NCBI RefSeq assembly: GCF_003918875.1
Contig: NW_025766592.1
Span: 992,001 to 1,056,000, forward strand
Direction of reading: 5' to 3'
Origin: Haliotis rubra
Taxonomy: Eukaryota
Length of the DNA stretch: 64,000 nucleotides
The notes beneath the pieces are model-generated. The model did not search any database. It saw nothing but the letters and a program-made list of their open reading frames with translations, and was not told where the DNA came from. How positions within the stretch are numbered: the first letter of the stretch is position 1; every line of letters starts with the position of its first letter. Made by a program: the position numbers and the translations under genes. This document shows positions 25,029-37,410 of the stretch, one piece after another.

Positions 25029-25193
25029 GATAACTGATATACGTCGACAGGAGTAAGATTCTTTCAAGATAAAGGTCGGACTGCGGTGGAAACAATATCT
25101 TACGTTCTATGCGAAAAATATTATGGTAAAGACAGTTTTATAGACAAACGTTTAGGTACTGAGAATATTTTATTTGGAGGGGTAAAAAACAAC

Positions 25194-25997
25194 CACAGGG
25201 GCTTGTAACGCTAAAACCTGCCATCAATGTATATACTGTCACTAACTGGTCTTAGCACTATATAAAGGAAAGGGATGTAACGAGGTCAACACACCAAGTT
25301 CGTTTCAGGGCGAATTCAACAATGCTCACTGTATTAATCCCATTTAAAGTATGCACATATTTCAAGCCAATAGATATACCTACAAAATAAGACATACAGC
25401 ACAAAAAACGAAGCAGTACTTTGGGAGCTAGGGTCTTCGGAAGCTCGAAATATCGTGATTTCTCGATTCCGAGCCAAAATCCCTGCTCAGAATTTGTAGC
25501 GGTAACTCACCCATTTTCTTGTTTATTTTACAGTATACACAAACTAAATGCACCAAAACATGTTGAACCGATGGCACCTGTCAGCGCGCTAGTCGCCATT
25601 CATCGCAAACAGAATTGTGTCGTGCCCGTTCGCCATTGACGACCTTGGCCTTCACCTGCTCCGCATCAAAAAGAGTAAGGGTGCTCATTGGCTGTAAATA
25701 AAATATGCCCCATCAGATCGCTGACTCTTTCCAGTGCGGGGCAGGTTAAGGCCAAGGTCGCCAAGGGCACGACACAATTCTGTTTCCGATAAATAAATGT
25801 ACGTAAACTCATTATGACAGTGAGGTGTAAGTGTCTCTGAAAGAATGGCGACTAGCGCGCTGACAGGTGCCATCAGTTCAACATGTTTTGTTCAACATGT
25901 TCAACATGTTACATCCCTTTCCTTTCATATAGTGCAAAGACCCATTTAGTGACAGTACATGCATTGATGGCAGGTTTTAGCGTTACAAGCCCCTATG
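25194..25997. mobile_element. Non-autonomous foldback DNA transposon with 8-bp TSD (hAT or P superfamily)
   Basis: CA(C/T)AGGGGCTTGTAACG TIRs of about 88 bp; inner inverted arms at about 25557-25680 and 25720-25890; TSD AAAACAAC at 25186-93 and 25998-26005. Confidence 0.9.
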
Positions 25998-26021
25998 AAA
26001 ACAACTTCATTTGAATTAAAA

Positions 26022-26182
26022 AGGGTGTGGGGTAGCCTAGTGGTTAAAGCGTTCGCTCGTCACGCTGAAGACCCGGGTTCGAATCCCCACATGGGTACAA
26101 TGTGTGAAGCCAATTTCCGGTGTCCTCCACCGTTATATTGCTAGAATATATATAAAGCGGCGTAAAACTAAACTCACTCACC
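26022..26182 (+). mobile_element. Family-A SINE
   Basis: Consensus match; TGAATTAAAAA flanking repeat. Confidence 0.9.
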
Positions 26183-26596
26183 CAAATGAATTAAAAATGT
26201 TTTTTGGACCAGTATATATTCCCCGAAATACGTTTATACGAAGGTTACATAGGAACCTTGGAATATTAGGAGTGTTTTAAGGGAGTCATTTGGATAAGAC
26301 AGACACATATGGTTGTGGGTTCGAATCCCTGTCCCCAATATGTTTCTAGGTTTGTCGGCAGCATATTCGTGCTTGCGGGTTTCACCAATGGAAATGTCTG
26401 AGAGCTGCTTCACTTCGTGCTTTCAATCTCCATTAAGCTGACACACCGTGAAATAACTGTAAAAAGTTCACTCACTCACTCACTCACTCACTGACAGGAG
26501 TTCATGTCAAACCTGAGATGGGAACGAGAATGTCATGGATTGTCAGACCCTGAAACAAATAGAAGCCAGGTCTATTGTCGAGTACTCGAGGTATTA

Positions 26597-27017
26597 TGGT
26601 TACCAAATTCAATAGTAGATGATACCTACGCGGATTATAATATCTGTACTTACATATAAATATCGTCTACGTAGATGAAAGTTTCTAGAAAGGGAGAGAT
26701 GGATGAGCGGATGGGTGGGTGCATCCTACACATACATCCTTAAATCAAAATATGAATTAGCCCAAAACCTCAGTCCCTCGACCACCTGACTCCGCTAAGC
26801 CTTCTCAGTATGAACACCTCCGAGAGTCAGCCACCCAACACCGAGTCCCCTACCCTTATCTATGCGCCAGTACCCGCCCTGTGCAGGGAGACCCATCCAT
26901 CACCCCTTGACTGCAGCGAACAGTGAACACACTGTTACAGCACAACCTATCCCCTCCCCATGCCTGTCCCCCATTCTGGCATGTCATCAATCCCCCTGGT
27001 TCAGATGGAGAGATAGA
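26597..27017 (-). repeat. Right arm of the 420-bp inverted repeat
   Basis: Reverse complement of 22286-22705. Confidence 0.95.
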
Positions 27018-29000
27018 TTATAAAATATACCTAATGTAGCCAATGCAAGTCTAGATTCTCAAAGTTTCAGTTTGTGAAAATGAAGAAAGACTCTGAGCTT
27101 ATTTTAATACATTTTATGAATATATTTGAGGAATCGAATTCTCTGTACAATATGTTCATTTCAGAGAGAAGATGTTAGTCGATCAATCCACACGTTCCTG
27201 GGCCTGTAAAAGGGTTTACAAGTGTTACGGGTTTACGGCGGTACAAGCAACTGTGTACAAACGTGTTGCATGTATTTGGTCGGTTAGATGTTTGACGCCG
27301 CACTCAGCAATATTCCAGCTATATGGCGGCGGTCTGTACATAACCGAGTCTGGACCAGGTAATCCAGTGATCAACATCATTAGCAATTGGGTACAATGAC
27401 ATGTGTCAACCAAGTCAGCGAGCCTGACCACCCGATTGCCTCTTACAACAAGCATGTGATTTATGTCAACTGAACTGTTACATTGAGTGAGCGTTTTATC
27501 ACGACTGGGGATACAAAAGTTGAATCTTTGTGGGGAATAGAACCCTTGACCACAAGGCTTTCCTCATTCCAACCCAGGGATTGAAAAGTACTGCCCGTAT
27601 GGTGAGTGAGTGAGTGAAAATGGTTAAACCATTGGGACCAATATTCCGGCAATGGCCAAGCGGGAGACACCGGAATTAACGGCATACACGGTACCCAAGC
27701 GGAGAATCGAACCCGGATCGATATCTAAGTATATCATATCTAAGTGATTTATCCTCCCTATTGACAAAGGGAAGAGGTGTGACCTACTTTACTCTGAACG
27801 TTCCTCCTGCTTTAACCTCCGTCGTCATAATACTGGAAGCTTTAATCCCAGTTGACCAGACAATTACGATGTCCATACACTTGTCTTTGCGCAAAGCTTC
27901 CCGGTAAAACCTCTGCTAAAATAAAAAAATCTATGTGTACATATCTTATGTGTGCAATATGTGTCACAGACCGACTCAAATCCTGCCCGGCCTCCTTCTG
28001 TAAGTCATCTGGCTCCGTTCCTGATACACACGCCTTATATGGAAGTTATAAATTAAACAGGAAATAAGAAAAAAGGTCACCGCTCAAAAAGTTTCTAAAA
28101 GAAGAAACTTTAATGTTTACTTTAAGACGAACCCGCATTGATACAGTTCGTTATGAGTGAAGTGTTCTCTAAATGGTAATGGTTCCAGTCTTGGAGAAAG
28201 CCCTTTAATCCCCTCATCTGTGACCCAAGCTTGCATCGTACCAAATCCTTCCGCGATATCGTAATATAGTCCCGCTGTCAGCAAACGGAACCAGTCAAAG
28301 AGTCTGCACGTTATTGCAATGCGAACGATGACTTTATCAATGGAATCGGGAGAGTCTTTTAAACTAAGCGGGGAACGAGATGTGCCGCTCTCGGAATACG
28401 GAAGCTATCAAAGCTGATTCTGTAGGCAACGGGCTGTAGACATCAAAGACAGGGAAATTGACGAAAATCCCATGAGAGATTGTAGAGCGATCACCTAGAT
28501 TTCGCCTGCTCTCTGCAATATTGCCCTGGGCATTAGATCTGAAGTGTATCACATGAAAAATATTGTTGAGTCTGAGAGACAATATTGCAGCATTGCTTCG
28601 CTTAAACGTTGGAGCGTTTTGCCTTCGTTGTTGACAAGTGACATCTATATTTATTTTTCGAAATATTGTGAAGTAACGCCATAATTATGTGTCACTTGAG
28701 TTAATCTGATTTTCTGCTGTTTACGAAGATTAATTCTCTTGCAGAGGTATGTTGAGATATATTTCAGGAAGTTGAGAAAACTCACTGAAGCCAGGTTTAT
28801 TTGTCTGTTGAACTTCCCTGTTAGAATAAATCCCCTTACAGTGGCTGTTGTTAGAGATGGCAAAATGACATCGGAGTGAGTTAGTTTAGTTTTACGCCGC
28901 GTTTAGCAATATTCCAGCAACATCACGGCGGGGAACACCAGAAATGGGCTTCACAAATAACATCAGATGCTAACCATGTTACAAAATGAATGTTTCGATG

Positions 29001-29163
29001 TAGGGAGATAGGGTAGCTTAGTGGTTAAAGCGTTCGCTCGTCACGCCGAAGACCCGGATTCGATAACCCACATGGGCACAATGTGTGAAGCCCATTTCTG
29101 GTGTCACCGACGTGATGTTGCTGGAATATTGCTAAACGCGGTGTAAAACTAAACTCACTCACT
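29001..29163 (+). mobile_element. Family-A SINE (inverted partial copy at 28874-28955)
   Basis: Consensus match. Confidence 0.9.
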
Positions 29164-30212
29164 GTATCATTGTACTTCTTAGCTGTCATAATATCAACCA
29201 CTGGTTTGCCTACACCAGGTTCCTTATTTTACACATCGCTGTGTTATTGCAGTTAAAAGTCTTAACTTTTGCTTGAAGTTCAAAACTTACGTAAAGCTTT
29301 CAAGGAATTCCAAACTGGGTTAACAATCTGAGCAGGTCGCCGAGTGAAAACTCCACTTTCAATAACAGAAACTGTCTCCATGGGGATATCTAATGCATGT
29401 CCGTGTCCAACTTACCAAACAGAGTGATCTCCCTTGGGAGATCAGAGGGGGCTGTTAGTTATTTGAATGATTACTCCGATGCTATCTACCACCAAAGCGG
29501 TTTATCCAGGGAAATTAAAAGCCATCACAAAATGAAAAATGACAGCTCCCTGGCGATCCGCCCTTGAGATATACAGACGAGGGGACTGACGTGGGGCTTG
29601 TCAAAGGTAGGTAATTTCAACAAGATTAAGCGCTTGTTTTTCCTCCCTAATCTACCTGATTGTCTGTCGCCCAAGACGGAGAGTGCGATTAATTATTCAT
29701 TTTTTTCTTCTTTCTTTCTTTGATGTCTATGTCAACTTCAAAACTAATACTCTCAGGGGGAACATCTTGGAGGGTCTTATTTAAGCAAGAAATCTGCACT
29801 GGTTTGAAGGAAAGTGGTATTTACAAGTGAATTATATATCACTGAGTTCACCTCAGTCTCATTTTCAGCCAACAATTAAAGGAATCCTGATTGGCACTTA
29901 TTAAATACACTGAAGTACAAAAGAAAGTACACAACTGTTCAAAGACATATACAGTGTTTGTCACAATCAAAACGCTTTTCTAACTGTTTACATAATCTTT
30001 TGGAAAATAATCCCAAAACACAGGTGCTTACTTTTTTTGTACGTCAGTTTAGTTTCCCTAGATAACGTGATTATCAAAAAGCACGGGTTCGAATCCATAT
30101 CATAACCATACCTTATTTCTTTAAATTATAAATAAAACAGTTTAATTTCTTTCGCATAATCTGCCGCAATCCGGATACCAGTGATATCAATCAACTGCTC
30201 CGACTTTTCCCA

Positions 30213-30378
30213 TGGGGGCGGTGGGGTAGCCTAGTGGTTAAAGCGTTCGCTTGTCACGCCGAAGACCCGGGTTTGATTCCCCACATGGGCACAATATGTG
30301 AAGCTCATTTCTGGTGTCCCCGTCCCGATATTACTGGAATATTGCTAAAAGCATCGTAAACCTAAAGCCACTCACTCC
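30213..30378 (+). mobile_element. Family-A SINE
   Basis: Consensus match; ACTTTTCCCATG(G) flanking repeat. Confidence 0.92.
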
Positions 30379-31214
30379 CTCACTTTTCCCATGGACACGA
30401 TCATGTCTGTTATTTGTGAAAACTAAGAACAATCGCCATTGCCTAAGTCAGAACCATAGTAAGTATCAACGTTGGAACCAATCCCAAAACAGGTTCATTA
30501 GCAGCATCAGAAATACTTGCACATCAGGAGAGATCGATGTTTGGTCCTGCTTATCAGCCCTGATGGGAAACCAAATAAAGGAACCAAACTCACTACAATA
30601 TACATCCGCCCAACGCTATCGTCAGTACCAACGCTAGAACTGTCGATAGTACCAATGCTAGAACAATTATCAGTACCAAGGCGATGGTAAGAACTATCAG
30701 AAAAGTACCAACGTCGATAATCATCGGTGCCAACGCTGAAGAGACGTCAGTCTCGTCGCTGAGAATCATCGGTACCAAGTTGACCGCCAGAACAACCGTC
30801 ATTAAAGTATCAACGTCAGTGCCAACGCCATAAAACACAATTACTGAGGATCAAAGGCCGATAAGGTCATAAGCAAGTGTCAGAAAGAAATCAAAGCGAT
30901 ACAAGCAGTCGTGAGACTTAATTCAACACCAGCGCAGGAAGCAAGTTGACCGAAAGAAGTTTCGTCTTTGAAGTATGCCCGTCAGAAATAACGCTAAAAT
31001 AATCGTCAGTTCAAAACTAGAACTGTTATATAACTAGATTGTAATACTTTTGTTAGGTTGAGTCTCATTCGGGATTCGAACCCATACTGTCAGAGTGACG
31101 GGATTGGACTCAAACTAACAAAGGTATTAGAATCTGTACCTTACTGAGAATGGGCCAACCAAAATATATTATATGTTACATTTTACCACTTTTAAAATGG
31201 CACTGGGCATTTAT

Positions 31215-31452
31215 AACAAGAACATTCGTCAATACCAAGGCAAGAACATTCGTCAATACCAAGGCAAGAACAGTTGTCAATACCAAGGCAAAAACAGTCG
31301 TCAATACCAAGGCAAGAACATTCGTCAATACCAAGGCAAGAACAGTCGTCAGTACCCATGCTAGAACAGTCGTCAATACCAAGGCAAGAACATTCGTCAA
31401 TACCAAGGCAAGAACAGTCGTCAGTACCCATGCTAGAACAACTTTCAGTACC
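31215..31452. repeat. 24-bp minisatellite, about 10 copies
   Basis: Unit AATACCAAGGCAAGAACA(T/G)TCGTC; older related units at 30600-30830. Confidence 0.92.
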
Positions 31453-33267
31453 AGCAAAAATAATAGGCATAAACGTACCAAAGTTGATATTTCCACCAGA
31501 TCAATCGTCAGAATCAGCGTCAGGATACACATGGGCTGATCAGCAAAAACCATTAACCTACAGCTTGTGCCGATTGACCTGAGCTACTCTACATATGCAT
31601 GACCCGGGAGGTCAAATGGCACAAACGGCAGATCGGGTTATCTTCATTAAATAGGGTGCAGAGAATGTTATTAATGTTGCATGCATACATAGATTCGTTA
31701 CAGAACTTGTCCCGGAAAACAACACCTCTGAAAAAACCCAATCATGTCATATTTTAACTGAATTGTTTATACAGTCATATGCTATCTAGTTTGGTTTGCT
31801 AACTTTACAACTTACAGACGTCAGTTACTTTCACAATCCGATTCACTCTCGCTATCACTCTCTACACACAGTTAAATTGTCACTTTTTCTAGTCGCTTTC
31901 CAAATTTTCAACATGGGCACAACAATCAGTCCACTCGTTTACACCAATCATCTGACAAAGGTGCAGCCCTTCACAATAATAGACCCAACCAGTTGTGACA
32001 CGGTCACGCAATTCATTAATATTCACTTGATCAGACAGACACACAGACAGGCAATTTTATTTCAGTTATATAAGGTTTGATGCTGCCAGTAATAAACATA
32101 CATTACAGAATACTGATTTTTTTATTTTGTATTCCAGCATCACGGCGGGGACACCGGAAACCTTCAGTAATTCGAATCTTCGGCGTGACATTATTGCCCC
32201 TATTGAAAGCTATGGAACCATTTTTGCACAATGTGCAGGCATAATATACCCTTCTAAAGAAAAAGTAGCAATACTTATCAAAAAATTATCTTTAGATGAC
32301 ACAAGTCTAACAAAACTATCCTTACACGGGTTACCAATATATAGGTATGGTGGAAAACATTCTATCTTATGCTTCTTTTAAACATTGCCAATTAACTGGT
32401 ATTCCTCTTCAACTACTGGTATAGCAATATAAACAGTTTATTACAGTACAGTGTATTATGCCTCCCTTTTACAGTGGGAGGTTAGAAGCTATTATACCTG
32501 GACTAGCTTAAAACATGTTTACGGTCAAGCTGAACAAGCTGTGGCGACCGAAGTCAAACCCAGACGGTGGTCAGAAAGCGAAGCAGTAAAGAGTTAATAC
32601 GCCAGGCCAGTTCACTGATAATTCATTTGTTTCAATAATATCTGCAACTGTTTTAATGACATCATGATATGCATAATATATGTAAAACATACCTACGAGT
32701 ATCGTGGATTGGATAACTGGTATAAAGAATTTGATTAATTATATCCATTGATTCAGTTATATCAACATTTGATTGCATCTTATCAATGTTTCAAAGTGTC
32801 CTGATATTAATATGTGTTTCATTACACGACATCCTTAATTCCGTCACGATGTCACAATTCATGTTATCAGTAGTGACCTAGTGATCAGAACTAGCTGTTA
32901 CATTTCTCATATCAATCAATAGAACCGGTGAAGATCCGGGTCACAATTGATCTTCATCAGCCCATGCTTGTCGTAAGAAGAATATCGCTGAGTGGGGGCT
33001 TTAAACAACAACCAAACTTGCATTAGAAGCTACTGATATCTTTAGGTATAGTTTAGCTTAACGCCTAGCACTTGACAATGGGAATTTCGCCCAGCCTTTA
33101 ATTACTGAACATTCAAACATCCGATTAGAGCATTTTAAATCGCATATTGCATATTTCAACTGACGTTGCCAAATATTTCAAAGGACTGACATAAGTAATT
33201 AGAACAAAGACCCGAAAAGCTACTGATGATATCATTTGACCTGCCACATTGTGTGATATTATAAATA

Positions 33268-33353
33268 TACTCATGCCAATAATGGTTGTCACACCCCCCC
33301 CCCCCAGCCTATTAATAAAATTGAAGGGGTGACAACCATTATTGGCGTGAGTA
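33268..33353. mobile_element. Tc1/mariner-type MITE
   Basis: TIR TACTCATGCCAATAATGGTTGTCAC, TA TSD; second copy at 39733-39850. Confidence 0.88.
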
Positions 33354-33596
33354 TAGATTTGACGATGTCATTCGTTTTCACATTAGTATTTCGTTTATCA
33401 GTAAATTTTACTGATACCAGTATTTCACTTACTCACATTACATACAGTAACTAATCTTATGATTGCACAAAGCGCTTATACAAACAAACATAAAAATATG
33501 TCATTGGTACCAATACCAGAGTAACGATAACTACAAATATCAGAACAGCCAAAGGTTTCAATTTCAGAACAACCACCACTACCATCGTCTGAACAA

Positions 33597-33997
33597 CCAG
33601 CAGCACCATCGACGGTATCAACACCACAAGAACCAGCAGCACCATCGACGGTATCAACACCCACAACAACCAGCAGCACCATCGAAGGTATCAACACCAA
33701 CAACAACCAGCAGCACCATCGACGGTATCAACACCACAACAACCAACTGAACCATCGACGGTATCAACACCACAGCAGCACCATCGACGGTATCAACACC
33801 ACAAGAACCAGCAGCACCATCGACGGTATCAACACCACAAGAACCTGCAGCACCATCGACGGTATCAACACCACAACAACCAACTGAACCATCGACGGTA
33901 TCAACACCACAACAACCAACAGCACCATCGACGGTATCAACACCACAACAACCAGCAGCACCATCGACGGTATCAACACCACAACAACCAACTGAAC
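33597..33997. repeat. 36-bp tandem repeat, about 11 copies
   Basis: Unit CCAGCAGCACCATCGACGGTATCAACACCACAA(C/G)AA; single-base indels break the frame. Confidence 0.93.
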
Positions 33998-35245
33998 CAA
34001 CGCCAGAGCAGTAATACCTATATAGGTCACAAAGACTACCGGTATGAACGTCTGAGAAATCGTCAGACAATAAACTTCAAAAGAAACGCCAGAAACAGCC
34101 AAAGAAAGAATTTCAACCGGAATTATGCGCTTCGCCAGGAACACCATCGATATCTCGGCTCTGAAATCTTCTCCGGGGCTACAAAACAACTGTCGACTTT
34201 CCTCGCCCATATCACAGCGTGTAGAAACAGAACGTATTGCCGGCTAATAGTAACATTGGGGTCCCCATCGGTGTTAAATGAACCCTCGTAACGGGACTTA
34301 ACCATTGATCTAAATATTTCAGTAGTTAATTGACAATAATTGGCAATGAAGGATGATACCAGTATTCATGAGAATTGGCTCGAGAGTTAGTGGTCGAATT
34401 TAGTTTATATTTGCACATTGCGTAAACTGTGACAAGGGAATCGTAAATCATTGTGTCGACCTGACTCAAATCACTGAGAATATCGAATTTATTTTCACTT
34501 TCAGGTTTTTTTACTTCATCCGGGCAATATTTCCACTGCCTAGGGGCATGATTCATCAGAATCTGAAAAATGTTCAGTGTCAAAGTGAGAAGCATAATTA
34601 GATTGAGTTTTCCATTATGAAATGGTGGTTAGATTTTGTTTTCGGCCCTCGTTAAGCCTACTTTATTTGACCGTGAGTCATTAGCAGCTGGAACCGTATT
34701 TTGGGGGATCTTCTGCATAAACAATCAATGTGGCACTGCATCGTTATGAAGAAGATTCTATGGTAACGCGGCCTGTCGAAAAATCAATTGAGCTCATCTT
34801 GAGTGAGTGAGGGGCTGAAAATTGGTGAACGTCTCTTTGTGTTGTGTTTATTTCAGATCACGTCGGTTAAGCGTAATGTGGGAAATCCCCAAAACAGATA
34901 TGACAGACGAAGCAACATAATCGGGGAATATGAAATACGAAGCTAAGGGTTACGGATCCTGGTATGTCAAAAGGAGGTAAATTTGTAGAAAGTTAGGTCC
35001 CAGGTTTGGTAAATGCAGCTTGTTGTGCTTTGACCAAAGGGGCTCCCTCTCACATCAACGGGTAGCCTAGTGGTTAAAGCGTTCGCTCATCACGCCGAAG
35101 CCCCGAGTTCGATTCCTACATAGGTACAACGTGGGAAGCCCTTTGCAATTGTCCTCCGAAGTGATATTGCTGGAATATTGCCAGAAGGGTAATAAAAACC
35201 CGACTCATTTACTTCTTCCACTTCAAGCTGACACTCCATTATATA

Positions 35246-35373
35246 TACTGGACAAAATAAGTTAGGGATATTGGTATTTTTATGATTTATATTTTATCAG
35301 TGTGTCAATGAATAAATAGATCATTATTCATAATTTCAAAATTTACATATATCTCTAACTATTTTGTCCAGTA
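35246..35373. mobile_element. Tc1/mariner-type MITE
   Basis: TACTGGACAAAATAAGTTAGGGATA.. / ..TATCTCTAACTATTTTGTCCAGTA inside a (TA)n target. Confidence 0.8.
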
Positions 35374-36104
35374 TATATAACTGAAATAATTTTCAGTGGT
35401 GCGGTTAAAACCAGACCCACCCACTTGACACGCGCGGCTGGGACTGGGTATTTAGTTGGTTGTCATCCCAGTGTTGTCCACGAAGCCAGCTTTGTACGAT
35501 TTTGGTTTTACCAGCTTTGGGCTTCACACATTGTACCCATGTGGGGATTCGAACCCGGTCTTCCGTGATGCCATCGTGACTGTCTGCAAACCATAGTTAG
35601 AAGGAAACATGTGGCTTATCAGTGCAGCATGGCCACATATTGTCGAGTCATTCTGACTCATTATTAATAATGTAACAGACAGATAGATAGATAATTTATT
35701 CACCGAAAACTCTGAGGCCAGAGAGTTAAACATTTAGAAAGTTGTTGTGCAACATACACATAGATTTCTAATCGACATAGCATGGCAAGTATAAATGGAA
35801 AATATCCTATAGCATTTTTGTTAACTGAAGATATATTGGTTGGTTGGTTGTTGTTTTACGCCGCACTCAGCAATATTCCAGCTATATGGCGACGGTCTGT
35901 AAATAATCGATTCTGAACCATACTATCCAGTGATCAACATCATGAACATTAATCTACGCAATTGGGATACGATGACATGGGTCAACCAAGTCAACGAGTC
36001 TGCCCCCCGATCCCGTTAGTCGCCTCTTACGACACGCATGGGTTGCTGAAGACCAACTGAAGATATAGGAATACTTTGAGTTTCAAAACGTATACTTCAT
36101 AGAT

Positions 36105-36196
36105 TATATTTACAGCATATGCCCAATTCAGTCACGCGGTGCTGCAGTGCTCGCTCGACTGAACCTTACAAGATCTCGGGGACTCGAAGGTGGAAG
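36105..36196 (+). promoter_or_regulatory. Putative Pol II core promoter plus non-coding first exon
   Basis: TATATTTA at 36105, Inr-like TCAGTC with its A 25 bp downstream (36130), strong donor AAG|GTGAGT after 36196. Confidence 0.45.
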
Positions 36197-37253
36197 GTGA
36201 GTTTCTTCACTTAAGCGTTGTTACCCTGACTGGCTATCGGCGTTTTGGGGAATAAAACAATGACCAATGGGCTCAAAGTCAGTGAAAAATGCAGTATGGT
36301 ATGTCTGCTTCCTAATACTATGAAACTGGTGTAAGCCTGGAAAAGGACAATCACACGCACGTACGCACGCACTTACGCATGCGCGAACACACACGCGTGC
36401 ATGGCTCTGTGAGTGTAACAATCTTAACGAGTTAAAAGCCATGTCACCTCACCTCACCTCACCATTTATTGGCCAGTGGTTCTGAGGCCTACCTCAGTAC
36501 ATAGGGTAGGTTATGATCAAGGCAAAATATGTCATAATAACAAAATGTGCAAGCGTCAAATTATTCAGGAAGGCTATCAATACCTTACATCCGAGGGTTT
36601 GACGATCATGAAACACATTGTGGAAAACTGAAAGGACCATAAGATGCATGACATTCTTTGGAAGTCCAAAGAGACAAAAGCCAAACAAAAACTACGTTTG
36701 AAGATGGCTTAGAATGCAACCAATTAGAACTGGTTATTCAACGGTGAAGGCCTAGTGACGTTTTGATAAAGTTTTGATTTTTTGGGGGTGTGAAATCCAA
36801 TTTACAATATCTTTTGTGCATGCACCCACAAGCAGTGGAAGCAGTGGCTATGATACTATTCTTATTGTGTGTTTTATTTTCAGAAAATGAAGTAAACGAT
36901 TATCCCCAGCGAATCAAATCTTCCACCCCTAACTGTCAGCTTCTCTTTGGCGCTGCAGAGCAGCGTGTCAAAAACCTATGATTATGGGTTCGAATCCCAG
37001 TTTTTCGCTCAGACATTGTTTCTGGGTTTATCAGCCCAGTACCAGTACACGTGGTTTTCAGCAAACAGAGAATCATTGCATTACTTCTGGTTTTCATCCA
37101 CATGAACCTGAGGTAAAAACGGCGTGAAACCATACTAACTCACTCACTCATCAAGCATCCCTGGATGAAGCTCTTTTTGATATGATATAACCATGAGTTA
37201 AGTGACATGCTGTTTTGTTTCGTGCAATATGATTTCAGTTTCTTCTTGAAATA

Positions 37254-37410
37254 GGAACGGCGGAGTAGCCTAGAGGTTAAAGCGATCGCTCGTCACGCTG
37301 AAGACCCGGGTTCGATTCCCTACATGGGTACAATGTGTGAAGCCCATATCTAGTGTCCCCCCACCGTGCTATTGCTGGAATATTGCTAAAAGCGGCGTAA
37401 AACTAAACTC
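37254..37410 (+). mobile_element. Family-A SINE
   Basis: Consensus match. Confidence 0.9.

Noticed and set aside
28117-28414. About 99-codon stop-free minus-strand frame and a possible next exon near 27787-27915
   Set aside because: No recognisable domain or consistent gene model; this length is expected by chance in six frames of 64 kb.
30213-30290. tRNA-Asp genes (here and at other family-A copies)
   Set aside because: No acceptor stem; the heads continue into SINE body and tail and are flanked by TSDs.
33457-34210. Hydrophobic or Cys-rich minus-strand ORFs (VVVVLIPSMVLL, GCCGVDTVDG)
   Set aside because: Antisense readings of the 36-bp repeat; the same applies to 31150-31582.
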